From: Eledone cirrhosa
Taxonomy: Eukaryota
Length of the DNA stretch: 64,000 bases
Assembly: GCA_964016885.1 (NCBI GenBank)
Contig: OZ024753.1
Location: 9,052,001-9,116,000 of the forward strand
Reading direction: 5' to 3'
Shown: positions 1 to 12,460 of the stretch, piece by piece
Layout: each line of letters begins with the position of its first letter
Numbering within the stretch: position 1 is the first letter of the stretch
Notes under the pieces: model-generated
Database searches by the model: none
Seen by the model: the letters and a program-made list of their open reading frames with translations, nothing else
Told to the model about the DNA's origin: nothing
Translations under genes and position numbers: made by a program

Positions 1-370
1 ATAGAGGTATGGCTCTTTATGATCTGAGTTCAAATCTCGCCGAGGTTAACTTTGCCTTTCATCCTTACGGGGTCGATAAAATAAAGTACCAGTAATGCAC
101 TGGGTGTTTGCTGGCCTTGTGCCTAAAATAGAAACAATTATTATTATTTGGATTGGCAATATCAGTAGAGTGTCGGGCACCAAGCTTTGCAGCATAGAGT
201 TATGGCCCTTTACGTTCTAAGTTCAAATCTTGCCGAGGTTAACGTTGCCTTTCATCCTTACGGGGTTGATAAAATAAAGTACCAGTAATGCACTAGGGTC
301 GATTTAATCAACTCACCCCTCTCCTTCAAATTGCTGACCTTGTGCCTAAAGTAGAAATAAGTATTATTAT
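1..370 (+). mobile_element. Two tandem Nin/Deu-domain-like tRNA-derived SINE copies
   Basis: Box-B-like GAGTTCAAATC, core GCCTTTCATCCTTACGGGGTCGATAAAATAAAGTACCAG and (ATT)n tail; more than 10 copies of this family in the window. Confidence 0.85.
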
Positions 371-1400
371 TGTTTGTTATTATTGCTGTTGCTATTGCTG
401 CTACTGTTGTTGTTGTTACTGCTGCTGTTGTTACTGCTGTTGTTGTTGTTGTTACTGTTGTTGTTGTTGTTACTGCTGCTGCTGTTGTTGTTACTGCTGC
501 TGTTGTTGTTGTTACTGCTGCTGTTGTTGTTACTGCTGCTGTTGTTGTTGTTACTGCTGCTGTTGTTGTTGCTGTTGCTGTTGTTGTTACTGCTGCTCTT
601 GTTGTTGTTATTGCTGCTGTTGTTACTGCTGCTGCTGTTGTTACTGCTGCTGTTGTTACTGCTGCTGTTGCTATTTCTGTTGTTGTTACTGCTGCTGTTG
701 TTACTGCTGCTGTTGCTATTTCTGTTGTTGTTACTGCTGCTGTTGTTACTGCTGCTGTTGTTACTGCTGCTGTTGCTATTGCTGTTGTTGTTACTGCTGC
801 TGTTGCTATTGCTGTTGTTGTTACTGCTGCTGTTGTTACTGCTGCTGTTGCTATTGCTGTTGTTGTTACTGCTGCTGTTGTTACTGCTGCTGTTGTTACT
901 GCTGCTGTTGCTATTGCTGTTGTTACTGCTGCTGTTGTTATTGCTGTTGTTGTTACTGCTGCTGTTGCTATTTCTGTTGTTGTTACTGCTGCTGTTGTTA
1001 CTGCTGCTGTTGCTATTGCTGTTGTTGTTACTGCTGCTGTTGTTGTTACTGTTGTTGTTACTGCTGCTGTTGCTATTGCTGTTGTTGTTACTGCTGCTGT
1101 TGTTGTTACTGTTGTTGTTACTGCTGCTGCTGTTGTTGTTACTGCTGTTGTTACTGCTGCTGTTGCTATTGCTGTTGTTATTACTGTTGTTGTTGCTGTT
1201 ATTATTACTGTTGCTGCTGTTGCTATTGCTGTTACTGCTGTTGCTGTTATTACTGTTGTTGTTGTTACTGTTGCTGCTGTTGTTGTTATTACTGTTGTTG
1301 TTGTTACTGTTATTACTGTTGTTGTTGTTACTGTTGCTGCTGTTGTTGTTATTACTGTTGCTGCTGTTGTTGCTGTTATTACTGTTGTTGTTATTACTAT
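371..1400. repeat. Degenerate trinucleotide (GTT/GCT/ACT/ATT) array grown from a SINE ATT tail
   Basis: NNT triplet register kept over ~1 kb, starting directly after the SINE tail. Confidence 0.95.
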
Positions 1401-1828
1401 TATATACCCCCTGTATTTCCTTCCACTTCATTAAATATATGCTTTTAAAGTGTTATTCCAATAATGAATATATAGGCACACAATTATATACAACAAAAGT
1501 TATGATTGTGAATAGTCCAGAATGAAAACAGGTCTTATGTGTTTATATTATCCTTTGGGAATAAAAGAGATTGGTAAATTTTTTTGTTTTCTTTTAATAT
1601 ATATTCTACACATAATTCAGTGTTAAATTATTTGTTAATAAAAATAATGTTGCCATAAAAGTTTATTTCTAATAAATAATGTTTTTCATACGTTGTGTTT
1701 AACCCATAATTCAATGAACGCAATGCTTAGATTCACTAAATACAATATACACATAAAACACTATTCATAAATAATGTTAAACTTTTTGCATCATTGCATC
1801 ATCACATGTTTATAATGCATATAATGCA

Positions 1829-3140
1829 TGTGAAGGCGCATGGTTTAGTGGTTAGAGCATTGGGCTTGCAATCAGAAGGTTGTCAGTTCAATTCTTGAAC
1901 CAGGTGATGAGCCAAACCCTATATATATTAGTGTTAGGTAGGGCATCCAGCTGTAGAAATGTGAAGGAGCATGGGTTAGTGGTTAGAGCATTGGGCTTGC
2001 AATCAAAAGGTTGTAGGTTCGATTCTCAGACCGGTTGATGTGTTGTGTTTTTTAGCCAAACCCTATATATATTAGTGTTAGGTAGGGCATCCAGCTGTAG
2101 AAATGTGAAGGAGCAAGGCTTAGTGGTTAGAGCATTGGGCTTGCAATCAAAAGGTTGTCAGTTCGATTCTCGGATGTGTGATGTGTTGTGTTCTTGAGCC
2201 AAACCCTATATATATTAGTGTTAGGTAAGGCATCCAGCTGTAGAAATGTGAAGGAGCAAGGCTTAGTGGTTAGAGCATTGGGCTTGCAATCAAAAGGTTG
2301 TCAGTTCGATTCTCGGATGTGTGATGTGTTGTGTTCTTGAGCCAAACCCTATATATATTAGTGTTAGGTAGGGCATCCAGCTGTAGAAATGTGAAGGAGC
2401 AAGGCTTAGTGGTTAGAGCATTGGGCTTGCAATCAAAAGGTTGTCAGTTCGATTCTCAGACAGGGTGATGCGTTGTGTTCTTGAGACAAACCCTATATAT
2501 ATTAGTGTTAGGTAGGGCATCCAGCTGTAGAAATGTGAAGGAGCAAGGCTTAGTGGTTAGAGCATTGGGCTTGCAATCAAAAGGTTGTCAGTTCGATTCT
2601 CGGATGGGTGATGTGTTGTGTTCTTGAGCCAAACCCTATATATATTAGTGTTAGGTAGGGCATCCAGCTGTAGAAATGTGAAGGAGACTGGCTTAGTGGT
2701 TAGAGCATTGGGCTTGCAATCAAAAGGTTGTCAGTTCGATTCTCAGACAGGGTGATGCGTTGTGTTCTTGAGACAAACCCTATATATATTAGTGTTAGGT
2801 AGGGCATCCAGCTGTAGAAATGTGAAGGAGCAAGGCTTAGTGGTTAGAGCATTGGGCTTGCAATCAAAAGGTTGTCAGTTCGATTCTCGGATGGGTGATG
2901 TGTTGTGTTCTTGAGCCAAACCCTATATATATTAGTGTTAGGTAGGGCATCCAGCTGTAGAAATGTGAAGGAGACTGGCTTAGTGGTTAGAACATTGGGC
3001 TTGCAATCAAAAGGTTGTGAGTTCAATTCTCAGACCAGGTGATGTGTTGTGTTCTTGAGCAAGAAACTTTATTTCACGTTGCTCCAGTTTACTCAGCTGT
3101 AGAAATGAGTTGTGATTTCACTGGTGCCAAGCTGTATTGG
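1829..3140 (+). repeat. Tandem array of ~143-144 bp SINE-derived units (9 tRNA-like heads)
   Basis: GTGAAGG heads at ~1829, 1961, 2105, 2248, 2391, 2535, 2678, 2822 and 2965, each with box A (GGCTTAGTGGTTAGAGC) and box B (GTTCGATTC). Confidence 0.9.
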
Positions 3141-3165
3141 CCATTGTTGTTTACATGGACAACAC

Positions 3166-3760
3166 CATATATAGTGTATAGAGTGTATATATACAGAGTA
3201 TATAGTGTATATATGGAGTATTGAGTGTATATATACAGAGTATATAGTGTATATATAGAGAGTATATAGTGTATATATAGAGAGTGTATAGTATATATAG
3301 TGTATATATAATGTATATATAGTGTATATATAATGTATATGTAGTGTATATATAGTGTATATATAATGTATATGTAGTGTATATATAATGTATATATAGT
3401 GTATATATAATGAATATGTAGTGTATATATAATGTATATATAGTGTATATATAATGTATATATAGTGTATATATAATGTATATATAGTGTATATATAATG
3501 TATATATAGTGTATTTATAATGTATATATAGTGTATATATAGTGTATATATAATGTATATATAGTGTATATATAGTGTATTTATAATGTATATGTAGTGT
3601 ATATATAGTGTATATATAGTGTATATATAATGTATATATAGTGTATATGTAGTGTGTATATAATGTATATATAGTGTATATATAATGTAAATGTAGTGTA
3701 TATATATAATGTAAATGTAGTGTATATACAGTGTATATATAGTGTATATACAGTGTATAT
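3166..3760. repeat. TA/TG-rich compound microsatellite
   Basis: Repeats of (A/G)TGTATATATA. Confidence 0.95.
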
Positions 3761-4055
3761 AGGAGTTGCGAGTCACTGGTGTCAAGCTGTCTCAGCCATT
3801 ACCTTTCCCTTGGACAACATCTGTGACATGGAAAGGGGAGACTGGTATACATGGACGACTACTGGTCTTCCACAAAACAAACCTTGACCAGGCTTGTGCC
3901 TCGGAGGCAAAAACCATGGTCATTTGTGATCGAGTGGGGGCCATAAAAAAACATAATGCACACATGTATGCAGAAACAGATGAGGAAGTCCTAATCCAGT
4001 GAGTTTACTTGCTAGAAATAGCAGTTAAATCTCCCTCAATTAACTTCAATCTTAA

Positions 4056-4115
4056 CCCTTTAGTTACCAACCCAGCCAAAACTGGCTCTGGTTATATGAC
4101 TTAAAACCATCTATT

Positions 4116-4152
<37 letters not shown>

Positions 4153-4359
4153 AATGATTGTGTACAGTGCTCAGGTGCACTACAACTTTAAAGGTTTCCA
4201 ATTTAAATTAAAATATTCCAACATAATTTTATATAAGTACCTTACATTAAGTCAATATTTTAGTAATGGAATAATTAATGATTTTAGTAAATCCCTCAAA
4301 ATTATTCATTGATTAATTAAAACAGAGTGTATTTCATTAGAAATGTGGTCAAGAGAGGG
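4056..4359. mobile_element. piggyBac-like MITE
   Basis: TTAA|CCCTTT...GAGAGGG|TTAA termini. Confidence 0.65.
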
Positions 4360-4462
4360 TTAAAGTAGCAACATTTTGGATATTCTAGTCATAGAGATGG
4401 ATACAGGAATCTGTTTAGATCTGTATGTTGCAGTAGTCGACTCAGGGCTCGTGATTTACTAC

Positions 4463-4820
4463 TCACATTATAGTGCATAACCTATTCATACCACGAGTTG
4501 ATCTTTTTATATGACCATATAATTTGAGTACTCTTGACTTGATATTTGATGTAATTGGTCTAACTTTGGTAATGTTGAGTAGCTCACTGATACAGATACA
4601 GTCGCTGAGCCGCTTGCCAATCATAAGTCTCATTGCTCTAGGTTGGGCAGCTTTCAACAAGAACAAGGAAGTACTAACATCAAAACAAGTTTTCTATCAT
4701 TTGAAGGCTAAGATCTTTGATACTTACAGCCTACCAGTTGTGTTATATGGTCTTGACTGTTAATTGGACGAGGACAAGGTCACTTCAGAAGCTCTCTCTC
4801 TACATCATGAGACTTATGAA
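4463..4820. mobile_element. RTE-type LINE fragment with an internal inversion
   Basis: Plus strand gives IALGWAAF...KAKIFDTYSLPVVLYGLD; minus strand gives the downstream MRLMIGKRLSD...LKLYGHIKR. Confidence 0.75.
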
Positions 4821-4922
4821 GGAATGTATAAGTACAGCACAATAAAGACTAAGACACCAATCTATAGTATCCAACTTGCTGAGTACATGGAAACATTAAT
4901 ATTGCTGCTCATGATATAACTG

Positions 4923-4938
4923 TTGGTGGTGGTGGTGG

Positions 4939-5004
<66 letters not shown>

Positions 5005-5033
5005 CCACCACCACCACCACCACCACCACCACC

Positions 5034-5067
<34 letters not shown>

Positions 5068-5105
5068 CCACCACCACCATCATCATCACCACCATCATCA
5101 TCATA
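4923..5105. repeat. Compound (GGT)n(GAT)n(CAC)n(CAT)n microsatellite
   Basis: Read directly from the sequence. Confidence 0.95.
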
Positions 5106-5172
5106 GTCAAAGCAGTTGAGAAACTATTATTTTTAACTCACAACAATTCCTTATTTTATCAAACTTTAAAGT

Positions 5173-5462
5173 ATCGGTAGAGCATCAGACACCATGCTCT
5201 GCAGCATAGAGTTATGGCTCTTTACGGTCTGAGTTCAAATCCTGCCAAGGTTAACTTTGCCTTTCATCCTTACGGGGGTCGATAAAATAAAGTACCAGTA
5301 ATACACTGGGGTAATTGCTGGCCTTGTGCCAAAAGTAGAAACAATATTATATCAATCGGTATACAAACAGTTTTGCCTTTCATCCTTACGGGGCTGATAA
5401 AATAAAGTACCAGTAATGCACTGTGGTAATTACTGGCCTTGTGCCAAAAGTAGAAACAGTTA
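5173..5462 (+). mobile_element. Nin/Deu-like SINE plus a duplicated 3' half
   Basis: Family core GCCTTTCATCCTTACGGGG present twice. Confidence 0.85.
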
Positions 5463-5920
5463 TTTTTAACTCACAATTCTTTATTTTATCAAACTTTAAA
5501 GTAAAACCATATAAACCAGCGATAAAGTTTTATCTGATAAAATGTATTTCTTTATCATTTCTTCCATTAAAATTCATTTAAATTCTTACCTCAAAAACTG
5601 AATTGTACATTTATAACTATTTGCCTTATTTTTCTTAAGTTCTGACTAAATTTTACAAAACATTCAAAAGATTTCCCCCAAATTTTAAATTAGAAGTGAA
5701 AAACATATAACATATGTAAAATATGACATGTTTGCAGGTTACAAGATTATATATATATTTTTCAATTACATACATCAAAATCTATGAAATTATAATGTAT
5801 ATTTTTTGTTACTTGTCTACTAACTACAGTTTCTCTGAAATCCACTTTCAAAAACAAATGCTTTCAGTTCAAACTGAGTCATAACATCAATTTTGTATCA
5901 GAAAACCTAATATATTCTAT

Positions 5921-6258
5921 GGAGGCACATGGCTTAGTGGTTAGAGCATTGGCCTTGCAATCGAAAGGTTGTGAGTTCAATTCTCAGACCAGGGGATGTT
6001 TGTTTCCTTGAGCAAGACACTTTATTACACATTGCTCCAGTTTACTCAGCTGTAGAAATAAGATGATAGGGACTGGGGTCCCTATCATTCCACTGCAAAG
6101 TGGTCGTGGAGGTGCCACGGCCAAAAAGCACCCAGCACTCACTGTAAATGAGGTTGGTGTTAGGAAGGGCATCCAGCTGTAGAAATCAAGCCAGAATCAG
6201 TTCCCGTCCCACCCTTGCAAGCAGGGAAAAGTGGACGTAAAAATGATGAATGATGATT
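5921..6258 (+). mobile_element. CORE-like tRNA-derived SINE with RTE-derived 3' tail
   Basis: Boxes A and B, CCTTGAGCAAGACACTT core, tail CCCGTCCCACCCTTGCAAGCAGGGAAAAGTGGACGTAAAA(ATG)n. Confidence 0.9.
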
Positions 6259-6420
6259 CTCTCTGTAGTGAAATCTTCAAAATGTAAATTAATTGAACAG
6301 ATATATCATTGAACTACAATACCAACAGGAGTTCAAAATCATTGCAGGAATTTCACAGGATTTTATATTGCTTATTATACATCCAGTTACTGCAATAACC
6401 CAGTGGTAGAGAGGAGGGTT

Positions 6421-6690
6421 CAAGGCCCCAAGCTCTTTAATAAGCTGCCAAAGAATCTGAGAGATCTACGTGGTGCACATGTAGAAGTTTTTAAGAAACA
6501 TCTCGAAATTCTGCTAAACAAGATCCCAGATGAGCCCATAGCATAAGCTGAAGCACAAACATGGGTAACAACAACAAAACTCCCTTTTGCATCAATGGTC
6601 AACCAAGGAAGGGTGGTTATAGAAAATGTAGCATCAATGGTGGTGCTCTAACATGGCCTCAGCTGGAACATGTAAAAGAAAAGAGTAAAA
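6421..6690 (+). mobile_element. CR1-like LINE 3' fragment
   Basis: Frame from 6421 reads QGPKLFNKLPKNLRDLRGAHVEVFKKHLEILLNKIPDEP, resembling a CR1-group ORF2 C-terminus. Confidence 0.7.
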
Positions 6691-6774
6691 ATGTAAATAA
6701 GTCTACTAGAAATATGTACCAGATCGTCTAGGACTGTTTACTCCAGAAAGTTCAAGTTTATTTTGAGTCTAGAG

Positions 6775-7411
6775 CAGGGTTTCCCAACTTTTTTTCAGTC
6801 AGCGCAAACCTTTTTGTCAACGCCGCCCTCTCAAATTAAATTTCAAATAAGATACTGAATTCATAAGACATACCACTGGTGTATGGCTGCAGTTCAAATG
6901 GGTACAAAATCTAAAACAAATGTGTATGTGTGCGGCCAATTTAAGTTCAATCGCAGAAAGGAATTCAATACACGCAATTTTATTTACATACAAACATACA
7001 CACATACCCATACATACAAACACATACATATCAGCCAATCCCAAGAGCCAGTTTCATCCAAAATTCTGACCACCATTCTTTATATATTTCTACTCTACAC
7101 AAATATACAGATTCAGCTTTTCGCTTTGATTCATTGTTTTGTTTTTTTTTCTTTTAGTCGTCTGTCACCGTTCATTTGTTTTTTTGTTTTTGTTTTCGGG
7201 GTTTCACTTTAGCAACACCAGTTACACCTGGTGCCAGGAATTTGCTTCGTCTCGCCAAATTGGAAAAAGTGTTTTTATAATTTTTGAAAATTTGAAAGAA
7301 AAAATATTGATAAATACCTGCCACTCACCTGAGTATATTCACCCCCCCCCCCCCCAAATGAAATAAAAACTGTCAACGCCCCCTTTCAACAGCGCCCACG
7401 GTGGAACACTG
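6775..7411. mobile_element. hAT-type non-autonomous element
   Basis: CAGGGTTTCCC...GGAACACTG termini; near-identical 8 bp TSD GTCTAGAG/GCCTAGAG. Confidence 0.75.
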
Positions 7412-7657
7412 GCCTAGAGGCTCATCAGGCTGATGCTTAAGCTGATTTCATATGAAAGTGACTCAGAGGATGCACATATCCTTTGAAAGTTTAACCTACT
7501 AACTGCTGCTGATACTCATATTGTTTTTTTTTTATTGCAGCTGAATGAACTGAAGCAGTGTGGAAATAAAGGGTGTTGTTGAAGGAAACAACATGCCTAG
7601 AAATTGAACCCAAACCTTATGATCATGAACCTAACAGTGTAATCACTAAGGTATGTG

Positions 7658-10600
7658 CCTTCACAAGAAAGGCAGGCTTATTATTCTACCTTCACAAGAA
7701 AGGCAGGCTTATTATTCTACCTTCACAAGAAAGGCTGGCTTATTATTCTACCTTCACAAGAAAGGCAGGCTTATTATTCTACCTTCACAAGAAAGGCTGG
7801 CTTATTATTCTACCTTCACAAGAAAGGCAGGCTTATTATTCTACCTTCACAAGAAAGGCAGGCTTATTATTCTACCTTCACAAGAAAGGCAGGCTTATTA
7901 TTCTACCTTCACAAGAAAGGCTGGCTTATTATTCTACCTTCACAAGAAAGGCAGGCTTATTATTCTACCTCCACAAGAAAGGCTGGCTTATTATTCTACC
8001 TTCACAAGAAAGGCAGGCTTATTATTCTACCTCCACAAGAAAGGCTGGCTTATTATTCTACCTTCACAAGAAAGGCAGGCTTATTATTCTACCTCCACAA
8101 GAAAGGCTGGCTTATTATTCTACCTTCACAAGAAAGGCAGGCTTATTATTCTACCTTCACAAGAAAGGCAGGCTTATTATTCTACCTCCACAAGAAAGGC
8201 TGGCTTATTATTCTACCTTCACAAGAAAGGCAGGCTTATTATTCTACCTCCACAAGAAAGGCTGGCTTATTATTCTACCTTCACAAGAAAGGCAGGCTTA
8301 TTATTCTACCTTCACAAGAAAGGCAGGCTTATTATTCTACCTTCACAAGAAAGGCAGGCTTATTATTCTACCTTCACAAGAAAGGCTGGCTTATTATTCT
8401 ACCTTCACAAGAAAGGCAGGCTTATTATTCTACCTTCACAAGAAAGGCAGGCTTATTATTCTACCTTCACAAGAAAGGCAGGCTTATTATTCTACCTTCA
8501 CAAGAAAGGCAGGCTTATTATTCTACCTTCACAAGAAAGGCTGGCTTATTATTCTACCTCCACAAGAAAGGCTGGCTTATTATTCTACCTTCACAAGAAA
8601 GGCTGGCTTATTATTCTACCTTCACAAGAAAGGCAGGCTTATTATTCTATGTACCTTCACAAGAAAGGCAGGCTTATTATTCTATGTACCTTCACAAGAA
8701 AGGCAGGCTTATTATTCTACCTTCACAAGAAAGGCTGGCTTATTATTCTACCTTCACAAGAAAGGCAGGCTTATTATTCTACCTCCACAAGAAAGGCTGG
8801 CTTATTATTCTACCTTCACAAGAAAGGCAGGCTTATTATTCTACCTCCACAAGAAAGGCTGGCTTATTATTCTACCTTCACAAGAAAGGCAGGCTTATTA
8901 TTCTACCTCCACAAGAAAGGCAGGCTTATTATTCTACCTTCACAAGAAAGGCTGGCTTATTATTCTACCTTCACAAGAAAGGCAGGCTTATTATTCTACC
9001 TCCACAAGAAAGGCTGGCTTATTATTCTACCTTCACAAGAAAGGCAGGCTTATTATTCTACCTTCACAAGAAAGGCAGGCTTATTATTCTACCTTCACAA
9101 GAAAGGCAGGCTTATTATTCTACCTTCACAAGAAAGGCTGGCTTATTATTCTACCTCCACAAGAAAGGCAGGCTTATTATTCTACCTTCACAAGAAAGGC
9201 TGGCTTATTATTCTACCTCCACAAGAAAGGCAGGCTTATTATTCTATGTACCTTCACAAGAAAGGCAGGCTTATTATTCTATGTACCTTCACATGAAAGG
9301 CAGGCTTATTATTCTATGTACCTTCACAAGAAAGGCAGGCTTATTATTCTATGTACCTTCACAAGAAAGGCAGGCTTATTATTCTATGTACCTTCACAAG
9401 AAAGGCAGGCTTATTATTCTATGTACCTTCACAAGAAAGGCAGGCTTATTATTCTATGTACCTTCACAAGAAAGGCAGGCTTATTATTCTATGTACCTTC
9501 ACAAGAAAGGCAGGCTTATTATTCTATGTACCTTCACAAGAAAGGCTGGCTTATTATTCTATGTACCTTCACAAGAAAGGCAGGCTTATTATTCTATGTA
9601 CCTTCACAAGAAAGGCAGGCTTATTATTCTATGTACCTTCACAAGAAAGGCAGGCTTATTATTCTATGTACCTTCACAAGAAAGGCAGGCTTATTATTCT
9701 ATGTACCTTCACAAGAAAGGCAGGCTTATTATTCTACCTTCACAAGAAAGGCAGGCTTATTATTCTACCTTCACAAGAAAGGCAGGCTTATTATTCTACC
9801 TTCACAAGAAAGGCTGGCTTATTATTCTACCTCCACAAGAAAGGCTGGCTTATTATTCTACCTTCACAAGAAAGGCTGGCTTATTATTCTACCTTCACAA
9901 GAAAGGCAGGCTTATTATTCTATGTACCTTCACAAGAAAGGCAGGCTTATTATTCTATGTACCTTCACAAGAAAGGCAGGCTTATTATTCTATGTACCTT
10001 CACAAGAAAGGCAGGCTTATTATTCTACCTTCACAAGAAAGACAGGCTTATTATTCTACCTCCACAAGAAAGGCTGGCTTATTATTCTACCTTCACAAGA
10101 AAGGCAGGCTTATTATTCTACCTCCACAAGAAAGGCTGGCTTATTATTCTACCTTCACAAGAAAGGCAGGCTTATTATTCTACCTCCACAAGAAAGGCTG
10201 GCTTATTATTCTACCTTCACAAGAAAGGCAGGCTTATTATTCTACCTTCACAAGAAAGGCTGGCTTATTATTCTACCTCCACAAGAAAGGCTGGCTTATT
10301 ATTCTACCTTCACAAGAAAGGCAGGCTTATTATTCTACCTCCACAAGAAAGGCTGGCTTATTATTCTACCTTCACAAGAAAGGCAGGCTTATTATTCTAC
10401 CTTCACAAGAAAGGCAGGCTTATTATTCTACCTTCACAAGAAAGGCAGGCTTATTATTCTACCTCCACAAGAAAGGCTGGCTTATTATTCTACCTTCACA
10501 AGAAAGGCAGGCTTATTATTCTACCTCCACAAGAAAGGCTGGCTTATTATTCTACCTTCACAAGAAAGGCAGGGTTATTATTCTACCTTCACAAGAAAGG

Positions 10601-11553
10601 CAGGCTTATTATTCTACCTTCACAAGAAAGGCAGGCTTATTATTCTACCTTCACAAGAAAGGCTGGCTTATTATTCTACCTTCACAAGAAAGGCAGGCTT
10701 ATTATTCTACCTTCACAAGAAAGGCAGGCTTATTATTCTACCTTCACAAGAAAGGCAGGCTTATTATTCTACCTTCACAAGAAAGGCAGGCTTATTATTC
10801 TACCTTCACAAGAAAGGCTGGCTTATTATTCTACCTCCACAAGAAAGGCTGGCTTATTATTCTACCTTCACAAGAAAGGCTGGCTTATTATTCTACCTTC
10901 ACAAGAAAGGCAGGCTTATTATTCTATGTACCTTCACAAGAAAGGCAGGCTTATTATTCTATGTACCTTCACATGAAAGGCTGGCTTATTATTCTATGTA
11001 CCTTCACAAGAAAGGCAGGCTTATTATTCTATGTACCTTCACAAGAAAGGCAGGCTTATTATTCTATGTACCTTCACAAGAAAGGCAGGCTTATTATTCT
11101 ATGTACCTTCACAAGAAAGGCAGGCTTATTATTCTATGTACCTTCACAAGAAAGGCAGGCTTATTATTCTATGTACCTTCACAAGAAAGGCAGGCTTATT
11201 ATTCTATGTACCTTCACAAGAAAGGCTGGCTTATTATTCTATGTACCTTCACAAGAAAGGCAGGCTTATTATTCTATGTACCTTCACAAGAAAGGCAGGC
11301 TTATTATTCTATGTACCTTCACAAGAAAGGCAGGCTTATTATTCTATGTACCTTCACAAGAAAGGCAGGCTTATTATTCTATGTACCTTCACAAGAAAGG
11401 CAGGCTTATTATTCTATGTACCTTCACAAGAAAGGCAGGCTTATTATTCTATGTACCTCCACAAGAAAGGCTGGCTTATTATTCTATGTACCTCCACAAG
11501 AAAGGCTGGCTTATTATTCTATGTACCTCCACAAGAAAGGCAGGCTTATTATT
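7658..11553. repeat. 31/35 bp minisatellite (CCTTCACAAGAAAGGCAGGCTTATTATTCTA[TGTA])
   Basis: About 3.9 kb of near-identical units; accounts for the >1300 aa ORFs in several frames. Confidence 0.98.
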
Positions 11554-11883
11554 CAAGGGGATATTTATCTTTTGACAACCAAGTTTTGTGATGTACAATA
11601 AATGTAAAAGTTTCTTCACAACTTAACAGACTTTACCATTTACATTTTATAAAATGTAGTTTACACAGGTTCAGAACAGTAATTATTTGCAAATCATATT
11701 ATCACTATTCCAACATTTCTCAACAAATCAAATTCACTGAAAAACCAAATATGCTTTTTCAACAATGTCTATCTATTAATACATCAAATATAAATTATAT
11801 ATGAGCATACATCTAAATGCCAAGCTGCAAGTTTATCAAGAAATTTTGTGCATGAAAGCATCTTCAAAGTGTAACATATTTAA

Positions 11884-12091
11884 CCCTTGAGCATTTACAT
11901 TATTCTATATATACTATTATATTTTCATGGTAAAAGCTTTACTTCACATGATTATTTCACATAATATCAAATCTATGAAATTTTGATATTATTTATTTTG
12001 AGAACAATACTTTAACATCAGTATGAACAGATGATTACAGAAAGAGGTGAGAGAATTCTGGCCGGATACAGCCGTTTTAAATGCTTAAGGT
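11884..12091. mobile_element. piggyBac-like MITE
   Basis: TTAA-CCCTTGAGCATTT...AAATGCTTAAGGT-TTAA. Confidence 0.6.
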
Positions 12092-12214
12092 TTAAGGGAG
12101 AGAATTGGCATAACCATTGAAGCACAAGTCAAGATGTCTTGAAATATATGTACTAGCTTTCTGAACTTTGAGTTCAAATCCTGACAAAATCCCCTTTGCC
12201 TTTTATCTTTTAAT

Positions 12215-12460
12215 CATTATCATCATTTTTACATCTGTTTTTCAATGCTTGCATGGGTTGGATGGGTCCTTTTCAATACAGCATCTCTCCACTCGCTCTG
12301 ATCTTTTGTCATCTCCTCAGTGAGTCTCAGCGACTTCAGATCAGCTCTCACCACCTCTGCCCAGGTCTTCCTCTATTGCAGCTTGTTTCTACTGGCACTT
12401 CTTCACCTAGCGACCATCATCCATGCACATCGCATGTCCATCCCAGCACTGTCTTCTCTC
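12215..12460 (-). mobile_element. Degenerate RTE LINE 3' fragment
   Basis: Similar to the 3' end at 48520-48780; (CAT)n tail on the left. Confidence 0.7.

Noticed and set aside
342-1525. Poly-Cys, poly-Leu, poly-Asn/Ser and poly-Val/Ala ORFs
   Set aside because: Produced by a trinucleotide array that is open in several frames
1829-3040. tRNA gene cluster
   Set aside because: Heads match the SINE family and lack a convincing acceptor stem
5590-5642. Possible minus-strand micro-exon (GAG|gtaag donor)
   Set aside because: Too short and AT-rich to support
7573-11601. 1342, 1306 and 547 aa ORFs
   Set aside because: A stop-free 31/35 bp unit gives the same peptide in all three frames
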